Of a DNA stretch of 64,000 bases, positions 48,284-63,200 are shown piece after piece (position 1 is the stretch's first letter; each line of letters opens with the position of its first letter). The stretch comes from the human T2T-CHM13v2.0 reference genome, Homo sapiens. A program made the translations under genes and the position numbers. The stretch lies in NCBI RefSeq assembly GCF_009914755.1, contig NC_060925.1. One strand, given 5' to 3'. The notes under the pieces were generated by a model, which saw only the letters and a program-made list of their open reading frames with translations, was not told the DNA's origin and ran no database searches.

Positions 48284-51200
48284 TGCTGATTATGTTTGTC
48301 CCTCAATAGAGGTCGGCAGCTGCGCTGGGGAAACAAATCAATGAAAAACCATCATAAAACTCCCCACTCCAGTCTCCAGGATGTGTGGGTGACATTCCAC
48401 GCCTGCGAGAGACACACTCATCAGCTCCAACTTCGGCGACGGTGGCGGCGGCTCCGTTCCACGTCCGCCTCCTTTGGCCTTAATATTTAATTTTGCGATT
48501 TGGGGCATTATTAGTGGTGTTTTTATTAGCGCGTGTGCCTGTGAGTGTTTGGAGGTGGGCTGGCGGTTCCATTAATTTGTGGGTGAGGCAGGGAAGCCCC
48601 AGAGGAAGGCACGGTGGACGGCGTTGGGGTGCAGTGGCGAGTGGAGAAAAGAGGGGAAAAGCTCCGAGGGGGGCGGGAGCCTGGGGACCGGGAGGGCCCT
48701 GCGGAGGGGCTGGAAAAGGGGGACCGAGTGAAGGGGAGGAAAAGAGGGAATTCAAATTGCTTACTTTGTTGGTTTTTTTAAATAATTTATGCAATTTTAA
48801 GCATTTATGTATAAATTTTTTAATAAGCCACCCTGGAGCAGGATGGCCATTAACATCCAACGTCCTTCTGTCCAATGGGCTGGCGGAGAGGATCAATTTC
48901 TGAGAGTACTTTCCCTTTTTTATGACATGATAAAATGCTTTTAAAGCAACTTACACAAATATGGAAATTTTTTTTCGTCCCCTCTCCCTTCGCCTAACAG
49001 CCTTCTTATCCGCCAGGGAGGGGGAGGTTGTGTGTGTGCACACACGCGCGTGCACGCACACACACTCTCTCGCACTCTTGTGCTCACGCTGCCTCTCTCC
49101 TGCTGGGGAGGGGGGCTGAGGGGGCTGGCAGGGAGACAGCCCCAGTTCTAACTGGAACTGGCCGCCTGTCCTTCTAACAAGGGCATAAACTTTCATTACC
49201 CATGCACGCAGTCAAAGACAATTTAGGGAAACGCGCTGCTTGGAAAAGGAAAACCTCAGCGATTCGTGGCCCATGCTGCTGCCACCATCTGGGGGGCTCT
49301 CACCTCCAGCTCTAGGGAACCCGGTCCCTGAACCTCTGGCCCTGCCAGCAGGAGGTGGGGCGAGGGCAGGACAGCTTCCATGTGGACCCTCCGTGGGCAG
49401 GAGAGCCCAGAGAGTAAGGGTCTCCTCCTTGGCTCAACAGGACCATCCATGCCTCGGGCTGAGGCCAGGCGCCCTGGGTCTTGCCCTCCTTGCCCTCTCT
49501 GGATGGCCTGTACTAACCCCAACCAGGGCTAGCCCTTGAGGGCAAGTGCAGGCCTCTGTCATCCCTGCCACCGCAGTGCCTGGATCAGAGCAGAAGCTCA
49601 GCTATGCAGACGGACAGACTGACAGATGGACTGAATGGCGACAAGGCAGGGAAACAGGCCCTAAGGTATCCTGAGGTGCCTGTAGGGGCCCCACAGATGC
49701 TGGGGCAAGATGCCCTCCCCAGGTGCCCCTGCACTAGAAGCAGCTCTGGTGCAGAAGTGCCTCTTCCTACAGAGTCAGGGCATTGGCCACCATCACCCCT
49801 ACCTGGGCATGAGCCCCTGACTTCCCCGGAGATGGGAAGACCTTCTAAGAGGAGGGCCAGTGCCTCCAGGTCTCAGGGTGACCCTGCCTCACCTGCCTGC
49901 TCCCTCTCCTGATGAAGGCAAAGAGGAACCTGAGAGATGCCCGGCCCAAGCCCCCACCAGCCGACGCAGACAGTCCTGAATCCAGCGTGGGGTCCGAGCC
50001 TTCCCCGGCACCGCTGCTGCGGGAGGGCGTCCAGCCCTCTGAGGCCACCGTGGGGCACCTGGGCTTTGGCAACTTCCACATAAGACAAATCGACTCCAGA
50101 GACCTGGCCCCTTGGAAAGCTCATCACTTCAGCGTCTTCCCTGCCCTGGGCTCGGGTCCCCAACTGTAACACAGCGTTGCTGAGGGGATGATGTGGGCAC
50201 ACGTCTGGCTGGGGCTGCAGAGCACACGGTGCCTCCCTGATGCTCCACGGTGACTGTGGGCAGAGTCCCCTCCTCGGAGCCGGGAGCACTGCTTCCTGCC
50301 TGGTAACTGCAGGGCACCGCGGACCTGGAGTTCAGCCCCGTGTGGCCCTGCTCACCTCTGCCTGGGGATCTGAGAGCTGCCCTAGGCCTCCTGCTCCCAT
50401 CCCCGCTAAAGCCAACTTCTTCCTGGGCCTCACCTGCCCCAGCCATCCAGGCCCAGTCTGGAGCTGACCAGTGGGCAGCCCAAGAAGGTCCCCATGGGTC
50501 CCTGGGCCCTCTGTCGTGGCAGCAGGGGAGCAGCCCTGGCTGCCCCAAGCCCTCCGTGGGGATGCAAGGGGAGCGCCCACCCCTCCTGTTTTTCTGTGCT
50601 CAGATACCCCCCCCAACCAACTGTCATTAAAATAACAAGTTTCTGTTACAATCTAAACATTCCCACATCGCATAAAGGGTTATATTACACCCGAGTCACT
50701 CCCGGCCCATGTTTGCACAGAAAAGCTCACGGCAGGTCCCCCCTCCTGACGAAGTGACTTATTAAAGTTTAAACAGTAATTAACAGAACAATAAAAATAA
50801 AGGGATGTTTGGGGAGTCGTAGCGCACACAGGGTTTTTGGCAGTGCCAGCAGTTTTTCAGTGCCCTGCGCTGGCAGCAAAATGTGACTGTGAAGCCAGTG
50901 GGGACAGAGGACGGGGCCAGGGTCGAGCCAGGGAGTCCTGAGGCCTAAAGGGCCAGAAACCCCGAGGCAAGGCTGGCGGGAAGGAATGGGGGTCCTGGGG
51001 TGGCAGGGTGGGCACAGTGCGAGCAGGCGGGGTGGTCTGGCATGGGCAGGGAACAGGCCTGGGTGGGGAGGCTTCAAGAGGGGTGAGGCCAGTGCCCAGC
51101 TCAGCCTCAGGCACTTCCGGGAGCCCAGTGCCTCGGTCACATCCGGCCAACTCCGCACGGACCTGGCTGGGGGAGGTGCCAGGTCCCCCGACACTGCGGG

Positions 51201-54200
51201 CATTAGGAGACCCTGCAGTTAATGATTCCTGGGGCTGGACCCCAGCCACTCTGGGCTCCTCTCCCAGTTGGGCAGGTACCCCTACCCCTGCCTCTGGATC
51301 CTGTGGCCAGGGCACTATGGGAACTCTCCTGGCCCCTATTAAGCATGGGTAAGGACTCGGGGGCCAGCCAGCCTAGCACATGACCCCCCCCCCACCCCCA
51401 ACAAAGGGAGAAAGTGGCCAGCTTCCTGGGCCAGGTGGGTCCCCAGCGGCAAAGTCCTCTTTCCCCAAGGTTTGCAGGGAGCTGGCCTGGCAGGCCGGTC
51501 CGGGCCAGAGCTGCCTGGGATGGGCAGGGCTAGGCCTGTTACCCTCAGCCTTGCCTCTTCTCCCTCAAGTTCCATCCCAGGGGCTCAGACACCTGCCTGC
51601 CAGGGATGGCAGAGACAGTCAGGATGAACCAGGCGCCCAACCCCAGCAGCCAGGGAGGGGCCCCAGGAAGAGGGCGGGGCTCCCCCTGGACCTAGGCCTG
51701 CTCAGAGGCTTGGGGGCCAAGGAAGGAGGGACAGCAGGAACCCCTGAGGGTCACACAGAATGTGTGATCTCAGGGTGGTGACAAACCCATGCCAACCAAG
51801 TGACAGACACCAAGGCCCTGCTGGACTGGCCCGGACCCCCGTCCCCCATGCTGCTTCTCATTCCCTCTCCCGGAAGCCCTGGGCTCCCGCTATTGTCGGC
51901 CACGTTGAGGGAGGGCCCCTGCCTGTCCCATGCTCACCCCTGTCCTTCCTCTCCAAGGAGAGCCACCACAGAAGCAAAGCTCTCACTCCATCACACAGCG
52001 TTAGCCCCAAAAGGTGACCTTTCAACAGAACATCCCCAATGCAGGCTCTTCCCACCAGGACAAAGAAGACACCAAGAGCCCCCGGGGAGGCCTCTCCACC
52101 ATCCTCTGAACAAAGGGGCTCTCCTCCTGGGCTCCTCCATCTCTCTCTGTGCCTCTCCATCTCTCTCTGTGCCTCGGTGGACCAACCTGCCTAGGGGTGC
52201 CCTGGGATCCTATTTCCACAGCAGGCCTCCCTCCACCTTGGTGCCTGCCCTCGACCAGCCTACAGCTCAGAAACGAGCCCCTGGCCCGGGGCGAGCAGCC
52301 CCACAGTTTCCTGACGTGGACGCCTTTGCTGGTTCCTCCACGTCCCAGCCACACAGGCCAGCAGGAGCCTCTGTGAAGCCTGCATGGAGAAGAGATGCTG
52401 GGCTGGGCCAGAGACTCTCTCTAACATCCTGTCTCCCGGGATCTAGGTCCTGGCAGCTGGCGGGTATCAAGGGCATGCACTCTGTCCGGGCTGAACCCCA
52501 TACTGCCTGGCTCTGCCACTGCCTCTCGCTGAGGCCCCTGTGGGCACAGCCAGTCAGGGGGTGCAGGGCCCCACAGACTTCAGTGCTGCCTGGGCTCTGG
52601 CACGTAGGACGTGAAGGAAAGCCAGCAGCTTTTCTCCCCCTCTTTCCTGGGCAGAGCCCCCTGGGGCTCCATCGCCCCCCGCCTCCAAGATGAGTGAGTC
52701 ACGGTGAGGGCAGAGTGGAGGGTCGAGACAGAGAGAGCTCAGGAGGGGGCAGGTGATGCCTCCCAAGCCTCCAGCCGCTCTGCTCAGGCTGGAAGGAACG
52801 CCAGGAGCTCACACTCCCTCGCTGCTGGAGGAGGCAGACGGAGTCACCCAGCGCCAAAGCCTCGCTGGAGCAGGAGGGGGCAGGGGAAGGCACCTTCAGG
52901 GTCAGGGGAAGGATTGACAGAGGGCAAGGCAGAGGGTGTCTGGGTGGCACCGAGGAGGGCAGGAGGGGACAGGGGCCTTCTCATGGGTACGTCTAAAGTG
53001 GGCAAACAGGGAAGCAGCTGCTCGTCCTGACCCACTGTTTCTAGAACCTGTGTGTGGGGCATGGCAGGGGTGTGGCAAGTGGCTCTGGCTGGACACGGAG
53101 CTAAGGAGGGCAGCCTGCACTTAGGTCCAACGCACCTTGGGACAGGGGACAGCTATCAGGGTGGAGGCTGTCCTAGGTGCACAGAACTTTAGACCTGGAA
53201 AGGGACCGAGGTCCAAGAGGCTGAGAAACTTGGCAAAAGCCCAGGCCACTCACTCGTGAGGACTAGGCAGATCCAGGGGCCCAGTTCCCAGTCTGAGCCC
53301 TCTCCGGCCCAGCAAATCCAATGCTACACATTTCTGTTTCAAAGCAGAGCTTTCCGCAGCCTTGGAGATTGCACCAGGCCCCTCGGGCCCCAAATACCAC
53401 AAAGGCCCCCTGCTGCGGAGGATTTGAGCCACACATGGCCCAGTGGGCAAGGACCCCAAATGGCTCTGAACCAGCACCTGCGGTGTGCGAGGCCTGGAAG
53501 CCAGGCTCCCCCGTTCTCCAGGGGAAGCAAAGTGGAGGCTGGCTGCGTGGCCTGGCTGACCCACCGGAAATGGGTAGGACGTGTGTGGCAGGAGGGGACC
53601 TTTCTCTTGCAGGGACTGAGACCCTGAGACCTTCCAATGTGTGTTGATGGGGAGACAGGGCAGGCGCTCTCTGGGGATGAGAGGGAAAGCCTGGACTAGA
53701 GAGGCCCCGGACAGCAGGCCCAGCCCAGGAGAGGCGGCGGCGTGGGCAGCAGGTGGCAGAGGAACACGGGGTGGCACACCACCCGCCCTCCCTGCAGCCC
53801 GTCTCCACAATCCCCTTGCTGAGGCCAGCGACGGCGACCATGACGAGGACATGAGGGGACTAATTTAGGAGTATTTTTAAAACGGTGGCCCTGTGGAGGG
53901 CTTGAGCAGTTGTCAGCCATCTGGAAGAAGGAATTACAATCACCTCCCTAATCCTATATTCCCTAAACCCTAAAGCTGGTTACAGTGTGAGGGAGAGGCA
54001 GCAGGTGGGTGGGGGTGGGGGGGTCTGTTCCAGAGTGGGGCAGAGCCCAGGGAGGTGCCCACAGGGCCGGGGCAGCACCGCCCCCGCGAGGGGGCCCGAG
54101 GCCGGGGCTGAAGATCCCAGTGTCCTCTGAGCCCACCCAGCTCCCCCACCCGTTCACGCACACTCGCTCCCTGGGCCGCGCCGGCTCGCGCAGGGGCCGT

Positions 54201-56384
54201 CAGGTAAATTAGATCTGAAAGCTGACAATTTCTGACCATATTTCCTTGATTATTTCAAACAAATGCACAGCAGCCGCTGTAAGGAGATTAAAGTGACATA
54301 AACGTCCCGAGCGGGAGGGGGGAGGGCAGAGGATTCAGGTCACCCCCATCCGTCCCCCGCCTGACAGACGCTATATCGCTATCCAATCCAATAAAAAATC
54401 CCCCCCTTTTGCTTTAATTAATTTTACAGCTAGCTTGCTTAATTACTTTCAATCAAAATCCTCCTGCCATCGCAAAATTAGAGATGGTTGAGCTCCATTA
54501 GCCTAAATTCTTCATTTCCATATAGAAAAGAGGCTGTCTGCAGAGCCAGCCTGGGCCCCTGGCAGGACAGACGCCCGTCTGCCCGCCCGCTGTGAGCCAG
54601 CCCACCCCTGGCTTCCGCTCTCTGGCTATCTCTGGCCTATGCGTGTCCCCTCACTCTCCTCCATCACTGCTCCCTGGGCCATGAAGAGCTGAGGTTCAGG
54701 AGGGGTACCCGCTGCCCCGACTTCCCAGGATTCACGAGGGGACTGCAGGGCTGGCACAGAGCTCTCCGCCAGGGCCTGCTGCTTTTGATGAAAGCATAGG
54801 CTGATCCTGGGAGCCTGCTGCCCTGCCAAAGGGCCCCTGCTGCCTCCAGGACAGAGCCTAGTCCCAAACCTGAGGCAGACAGGTCTCCTGGGCCATCTGC
54901 ACCACATGCCCCAGGAAGCGGTCCCTCTCCCAGCAGGCGGAAACACTCCCAACCCCGGACTTAGGCCCCTGTCAGAATAGACCCCTGGAGCCAACGCCAC
55001 CCAGGGCTCCCTCTGCCGATTCCAGGCTGGAGTCATTGTTCACCATCAGGATGACTCGGGCCAGCTGTCTCGATGGTGCTACCAAGCAATGTAGCAGCCC
55101 CCACATACTCTGGCATTCTCCTAGGGCCCCCCGCGGGCCCCTCCTCCCCATACCATAGTCCTGGTTCCCAGCCTGCAACAGCTGCACCTCCACCCCCAGC
55201 CTGGGTCGAGTGGGTGGTGGGTCTGGGCTCTGTCCACATCCTGTGCCTGCACGGGCACCCTTCTCCTCCCCTCCACCTGCCTCATCTTCACAGTCCCCAA
55301 CCCCAACTCTGGAAGCTCCACTTCAGGTTTTCCATACTACAACCCCGAGTGTCACCACAGGGTCCGGCCCAACCTGGGCTCCAGCTGATTAAGGATCTGC
55401 AACAGGATGTAGGGATTACAGTAAAACCTGGCTCCGGATCTGCAGGGGCAGCAGGCCAAGTCCCAGCCCTGGGACTCCCCTCCCCTACCCTTCCAGCATC
55501 CCTACCCATTACCCGTCCCAAACCCAGCTGCCAAGTGAGGGAGGAAGGCTGAGCCCCTTGGCCCTTAGGGGACTCCTGGCTGGACTCTAGGGGGTCTGGA
55601 CTGAGAAGGGGTGGCATTAAGGAGCCCAGGCCAGCTCCTGCAGAAAGGCTGGGGTGGGGCAGGCTGGGGAAGGGGAGTGATGGCTTTATGCCGCCTGGCT
55701 TCCTTCTCAGGGAACCAATGTGAAGGTGGGGTGTCCTGGGCCTGACCTCTGGGCAAAGGCTGAGTAAGCAGGGAAGGAAGTACCCTAAAGGCCAGGAGAG
55801 CCCCTTCCAGGCAGAAGGCCTTACGATGCTGCCGGAGGGCTCCGGCTGGATGGCACGGGGCGGGGCGGCGGGGGATGGTGGAGGGGAGGGGGGTGCGAGG
55901 CCGGCTCTGGGGGTGGAGGAAGGAGCTGAACTTGGACCCCCAGGGCCTGTCTTCTGGACACCAGGGACCCACAGGTCTGTCTGCAGGCTCCTCATTAGTC
56001 CTGCTCTAAAGGTGAACTCAAATCCTCTCCTCCTGGCTTGGTTGAGTTTCTCAAATATATCCTGAGCAGCTACTGGCACTGCCCCCTCTGCCCTAGGGAT
56101 CCTGGGAGGATGGCTTTGGGTCTCAGGGGGTGCAGTGTTGCACGCTCCAGCATTACTGTGTCACACTCCAGAGCGCAAAGGGTAGGGCAACTTTGGGCTG
56201 GAGGAGGGCGTCCAAGAGGCCACACCCCGGCTGGGCCCTGAGGTCAGCGGGTGGAGAAGGTGAAGGGGCAGGCGGGCAGACGGACTTGCTGCTGAGCCCA
56301 GCTGGGCCCTCTCCAGTTCCTCCATGCAGGTCTGAAGCCTCCGTCCCACCCCACTACCAATGAGTCACCAGCAACAGGGACTAG

Positions 56385-56791
<407 letters not shown>

Positions 56792-57169
56792 TTTTTTTTT
56801 TTTTCCTTGAAGTCTTTTATCCATTACCCTCATCCCCATCCTCACCCTGACCTCCACGCCTGGCCCAGGTGGGTCGGGATGGTGGAAGGGTGGACAGAAG
56901 AGCATGTACGGGGTCAGTCACTCAGAGATCAAAGGGCACAGCCCAGACCCTACTCCACCTGCCAGCCAGCCCATGTGAGGCAGCGCCCGCCTCTCCCTGC
57001 CAGGCCCTCAGCACGCTGCCCCCTCAGCGGCAGAAACTGCTCCTTCACCTCAGAGCCCGGCCACCCCTCCTCCTACACAGCCTTCATGGGTCCCAGCTGA
57101 CATTTCACTTTCTCTGGGCAGCCTCCCGGGACTGTCCTCTCCCTCTGTCCTCACTGCACCCTGTCCTAG

Positions 57170-57292
57170 TCTTAGCACTTTCATAGTAACTTGTTTAATT
57201 AGACCTCTGCCTCACCAGACTGCAAGATCCCTGGGACGAGACCACTGTTTCAGCGCAGTGTCTGGCCCAACAAATATTGACTGAGTGAATGC
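57170..57292 (+). mobile_element. LINE-2 3'-end fragment
   Basis: ccagactgcaagatccctggg...cagtgtctggc..aaatattgactgagtgaatg. Confidence 0.55.
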
Positions 57293-60200
57293 AGAAAACC
57301 CAGTGCTTCTGGAGCTCGTTAGGGTGGCGCTGGGCCCCAGGGACGTGGCCTGGCTTCTGGACTGACCCCCTCGGGGCTCCAGGAACCTTTCCTGGAGGGG
57401 TGGGGTGGGGACTCCCTGGGTGGGACTGAGCTGAAGCCCCTTCTCTTGGGTCTCTGGCCCTCTTGAGCCCCAGGCTCACCTCCAAACGCCCTTCACAGGG
57501 CTCTACCCAGAGAACAAAAGAGGCCCCAGTTGTTCGAACATTTCTCGGCGAGAGGAACAACTGTTGCTGGCCAGTCCCTTTCTGAATAAATCCTGCAACT
57601 GTTTGCAGTGAAGTGCGACTCTCTCCCTCCACCTCCTGTCCCTGTCCCAAAAGGAGAAAAGGGGATTGAAAAAAAGATGGGGGAAAATCCCATACCAAGC
57701 CCCACCATCTCCCTACATCCACTTTCAAGTTTGTCTGAAAATGTTATAAACACAACACACAGGGACAGCCACCTGCTGTCCCAGACAACTGGGACAGCCG
57801 CAGCTAAGGGTGAGGCTGTGAGATCAGGACCCAAAAACAGGAGGTGAGACAGTGAAGGCTGGAGGGAAGTGGGGGGTGCCGGGACGGGGAGAAGGGGCAA
57901 CGGGAAATATCACCGTGAAGTGGGAGAGGCAGAGGGCAGGGTTGTACTCAGCCCTGCAGAGGCAGAGGGAGGAGTGTCTGTGGATCAAGGGCCCCGGAAG
58001 ACTCCTGGGGGCCCGGCGGAATCCGGGAGGCAGGAGCTTCCAGTGGGGCAGTGGATACCGAGAGGGGAAGTAGAGGAGGGAGAGAAGTTGAGTGGGGAAG
58101 AGGGAGCGAGGTCTATTAAAAACCTCTCAGTGCATAACACAAAATGTCAGGGTTTATAGCTTCATTCTTGGCTTTGCCGGGACTGAGAACCCTGAACAGA
58201 AATGTCACCGCTTGTCATGTTTAATCACCTGCTGTTTGTTAACACCTTCCCTGCAAGGAGCCTGTCTCAATCTGTCCCTGGGCCCCCCAGGGACCAGGAA
58301 ATAGAAAACATCTCCATCTCCTTCTCTGGGCTCTTGGCCCTGCCTAGGGGCTCTTCAGCTCCATCTGAAGGCCTCCCGAGGAGCCCCAAAGTGATCCTTC
58401 CTATCAGGGAGGCCAGGGAAAGGAACCCCATATGGCCCTTGGAGGCGTGGTGCCATCTGTGGCCCTGCGTGGTGCGCTTGGTGTGGCTGGGCCGGGGCCT
58501 GTCATCCCCCTGCTTCTTGTGCCTGGCTCTCCAGGCCTGCCTGTCCATTCTAGCTATTCCACTCGGTCCTCTAACTCTGCGGGTACGCAAAGATAAATAA
58601 AGGAGAGCCCGCTCTGATCTCTGCAGTCTGGAAGTCACCAATCTGTCTGCTTAAACAGCAACGGTCACATAACATCTAACAACCAAAGCCACCATCCTTC
58701 CAGTTACAATCGGATCACACCATCTGGGGTTCTGGCTTGGCTCTCTGAGCGTGCTTTCCTGGGTTGTTTAGGCTAGGAATTCTCAGCCCTACTGCCCCAC
58801 GTTCCTTCCTCTGGGTTAGGAGTAGGTGTGGGGGAAGGGCAGCACAAATCTTCCCCACCTCCTAAAGCACAGTGTGGTCTACACTGGGAAAGAAGCTGGT
58901 TCACTCTCAGATTACAACCAAGCAAAGACCTGGGCAAACTCAATACAGCCCCCAGCCTAAAACCCCACCTGGGACAGCTGCCTGCAAAGCAGTGAGTTTA
59001 TCACGTGGAGTTCCCAAGGCAGCCCCATCACCTCTAGTAGCAAAGAAAGCCAGTGGAGACACCCACCGCAGAGCTGAACTGAAAATGGTCTCCCAGTGAA
59101 CCGGGGGGCAAGGTCCCCATCTTCCCTTCCAGCAAGTCTCTGCTTACACAGAAACATATCCAGCAAACATGCATCGTGAACCTGTCTCCTAGGAGAATGC
59201 CCGTTCGGTTAGACATGCTTCCTGAAGGGCTCTGCGTCCAGTCCTTTCACTTCCATTTCACCACAGAGACAAGTCGGAGTGCGTTCCACCCACCTGCAAC
59301 CCTCCCCTGCGGACAGATGGGAGCACTCGTTTCTGCAAAGATGGGCACTCCGGGATGCCTCTAGAAAAGGAGGCTTTCCCCCAGAAGCTCAAAATGCATC
59401 TGCATCAACAACTACATTTTATCTTGCATCCCTGCAGCCCAGGGATGTGTTTGCAGACTACAGGTGGGGTACACATCGGGGCCAGAGATGTTTGGGGACG
59501 TGGGCCAGGCAGCACGGTAGATACCTAGGGCTGGAGGCCTGTGTGTCCTCACTCAGTGCTGCCATTTGGAACAGTGCTCAGGGGCGCCCCGCACCAAGTC
59601 CTCTGACATTTAGCATTTGGGAACAAACCCAGCAGTATCTCCGGGCCTCCAGCTTCCCCACTTAGGAAATGGGACAGCTCCTTGTCTTCCTCCAAGGGAA
59701 CTGATGAGGAGAGATGATATGTTAGGTGTGGCTCTCTCGGAAGGAAGGCGCTGATAAACTTACGGTGGTGGGGGAGTGAGGGGCTTGGGGGTGGGGGTTC
59801 CCTTGTCCGCATCCTCTCCAGAAGCCCCGTCTGGACTGTGATATGTTTGGGGGGAGAAGGCTCAGTGTTAAAGGGGTGGGATCACAGCTGCAAGCCCTTT
59901 TCTAGGCCGGGTCAAGCTTCCAAGCAGTGCTCTGCCATGCCTTGGAGGGGGCGGGGAGCGGGGGACACGAGCATGCCTGCCCCAGCACACGCGCCTAGTG
60001 GAACGCAGCGGCCTGGAAGCAAGTTTTGGTAGCGCAAGGGGGTTTAAGTGGAGCCAGCTGCAAGTCCTCCTCCTGAACAGAGACATGGTCCATTCAGGAG
60101 GTGCCTGGGCTCTCCAGGACCCTGAGGGTGGGACCATGTCAAGTAGCCCATCCTCCTGCCTCCAAACAGGGCTGACTAAGCCTCCCAGTTTGCCCAGGAC

Positions 60201-63200
60201 TGAGGGGGTTCACACACATGGGTCTTTGCAGTTCTGGGCAAACTGGGGTGGTTGGTCATCCTATCGCGAGACACCACGATGCTGACCACACAGTCTAAGA
60301 GCTGGGAACTCGGCCTGGAGTCTAACTCGCATCTGCTCCTGGGGGCCCACACTCTTGGGTGTCAGAAATTCTCTCTTTCCTGGGTGAACTGATGACACAG
60401 GGCCTCTCATGCCCGTGGAGGCCAGACCTGAGCCTCTCCCATCTGTAGGTTTTGAAAAGCTGGTTCCCATCACTGAGAGGGACGCTGAGCACACATGGAA
60501 TGTGTCCTCCCAACTCAGCTGCCCACGGGGGAGCCCAAGAGGAACCCCCAGTGTGGGACCTGGACCAAAGGTCGGGAGCCTCCTGGAATGGAGCTGTCTT
60601 GCCTGAAACCCTTGCATTTATCAGATGAGCATGGCCTCCCTGCCAGGCCCCCTGGTATAATCCTTTCATTAATTTACTATTACATTGGAAATTACTCCTT
60701 ACCCAGGAATATAAGTTTTCATCTTATTTTAAGTTAGATTCTTAAAGCAATTACCAAGGCATCTGGCAATGACTTCACCACTGCGGCCGGGCCCTGCAGG
60801 GGAGAAGGGCGGCCCTGAAGCTGCACAGGCCCTAGAGGGGAGTCTGGGGAGAACTGGGAGGGAAGTGGGGGGCACACTGTCATCTCTGATATTTGCCGTT
60901 TATGGAAAAACTCCTTTCCAGTGCCACCTGCCCCATGAACCCGCTGGTGACAGTTGCTGAAAAACCTCGGCAGCTGGGGCCTCGGTAGCGTGTTCTATTT
61001 TTAATTGTTTGATCAGAATATTCACTCATCTAGGCCCATTCCCAAGACGCATTTCCCAGCCAAAGGGTTCCCCCATTTCTCACACCTTCCTCCCTCTCTC
61101 TCTCATCAGAAATCAACTTTGAAATTAATAATCAGAGACACAGACCTGGGTGAGTTTGTCAGGGAGCATGGCACTGGAGAGAAGGGAGGCTCCTCCCCAA
61201 CCCGGGAGCCCTCAGAGTGGCCTCCGCTGTTTTCTCTCTGAGCCACTGATCCTCAGCCCCCGGGCACGAAGCTGGCCCCGCATGGCCTGCAATTGCCACG
61301 CCTGCCTGAGCCCCACCCTTCCTGGCAACAGGAAGACCCCAGCCTCCCCCTGTCCACTCCAGTCAGCCCACTGCCTCTGCTTCTTCAAAAACCTCGAGGG
61401 CAGGGCAGAGGGGCTGGGGATACCCAGGAAGCTCCTGGGAAGGACAGGGAGGGGACGCTGGGAGAGAGGCACGTGCCCCTGGACTCAGAGGAGCCGGAAA
61501 GAGGCTGACTTTCATTTCAGCTTCCATTTACCAGAGGAAGGGAGCCCACAGGGGCAGCTGCTGGCCTGTCCCCCAGCCAGCAAGTCACACAAACCAGCTC
61601 CAGCTGGTGTCACTGGGGCCTGAGGTAGACCATGCTGCTGGGAAGAGGCTACTGGGGCCAACCTGACCCCGTGGCCCCCACCTGACCCCTTCCCAGGAAG
61701 GGCCCCCCACCCAGCACGGGGGCCTGTGGGCGCCTGGCCGTCCTCTCCTCTCCTTACATGCCCTTGGCCGAACCACTGTACTCTTCCCTCTCAAGGTCAC
61801 AGGGCCGTCCACACCAGGAATATTTACTCACTGGACTGGCCCTGTTAGCAGCACTCACCACAAATATGCTTTCTGATAAAGTTGGCAGAAAAAAAATTCT
61901 AGAGCTCAAACCAATGTCAGAAATCATCCCCCGCCCCTACCAAGGGAGCACGAGGTGGGGCCTGGAAACAGGTCACACACCAACTATGGGGCAGCCCTGG
62001 GGGGGCTTGTATCACGCCCCCTCTCACCTTTCTCCTTCCTGTTTTACCTGGGACAGCCTGTTGCCCAGGGGACCAAGGGCTGGGGACAGTTCTAAGCCGA
62101 GGACTGGGTCTTGGGGACACTCGGGCCTCTGGAAGACAAGGCGGGTAGGGTGTCACCTGGGCTTCCCCCCAGGCCGTCTCAGCTCACTGCGCCCCTCCCC
62201 GCCACCCTCTCTTGGTGCACAGGGGCTCTGCATGTTTTTATTACCTGTTTGACTCACCGCCTTATTGCTTCTCCCCTTAATGGGGCCGTAACCGTGGAAA
62301 CGAGGAATAAACGGCCACCAGAAAATGAGATGATTAAACAGGTCACCCTGGCAAACAAACTCAGCCAAGGAACCTCTGGGGGTGGGGACGCTAGGCTGCC
62401 CCTCCCCCACCCGTGGCCAGAAGGCCTGGACCAGGTCCTGACCACATTGCCCCACACCTAAAAGGATGGGGGGCAGATGCCGTGGGGCACCCCCTGCCGG
62501 GCAGTGGAGAGCCGGGTCATCCTTTTGCGAGGCAGCCCGGCTTCCTGTGGCCTTGGGTTCCCAGGCTGAAGGGGTGACAGACAGGGAGGCACTGGGCTAG
62601 AGGGCGGTGAGGATCACAGCTGCAGGGAAGAGGCACTTCCCGGTGACAAAACTTCCAGGAGTCTCTCCCAACAGGCCTCTGGGACGCCTCCTGCTCTCCC
62701 GCTGCACTAGGGTCCCCCCATCTAAAGCTCTGCCCGGCTCCTCCAGTCCCCCATTCTCACACAGCGCAGTCCCTCCCAAGGCCCCCTTAGATCACTGAAA
62801 GAGCCCCATAAGAAAAGGCCAGGCGACCTTTGGGAACACCTGGTCTCTGGAAACACAACATGTGTCCGTTTCCCAGCTCCTGCCTTCTCCTCCAAAGCCA
62901 GGCAGTGCCCCAGCCTCAGCCAGGTGGCATCAAGAGACAGCCCTCTTGGCTTTAGGAAGGGTGTCAGCAGGTGAGTGATTACAGCACCAGCAGGGCCCAG
63001 AAGGGCCAGAGGAGACCCCAGAGTCAGGCCTGTGGGACATTCTAAGAGCAGATGCCCCGGCCAGGAGTGGCCCACATACCACGCCCGGGGCAGAGGCCTG
63101 AAGCCCTGGCGCCTGGCTGGCCCTCAGTATGGGTGTATCCCTGTCTTTCTGGCCTCACTCCCTGCCCTGGGTTTGTCTAGCTGGAGGGATCCCGGAAGCG

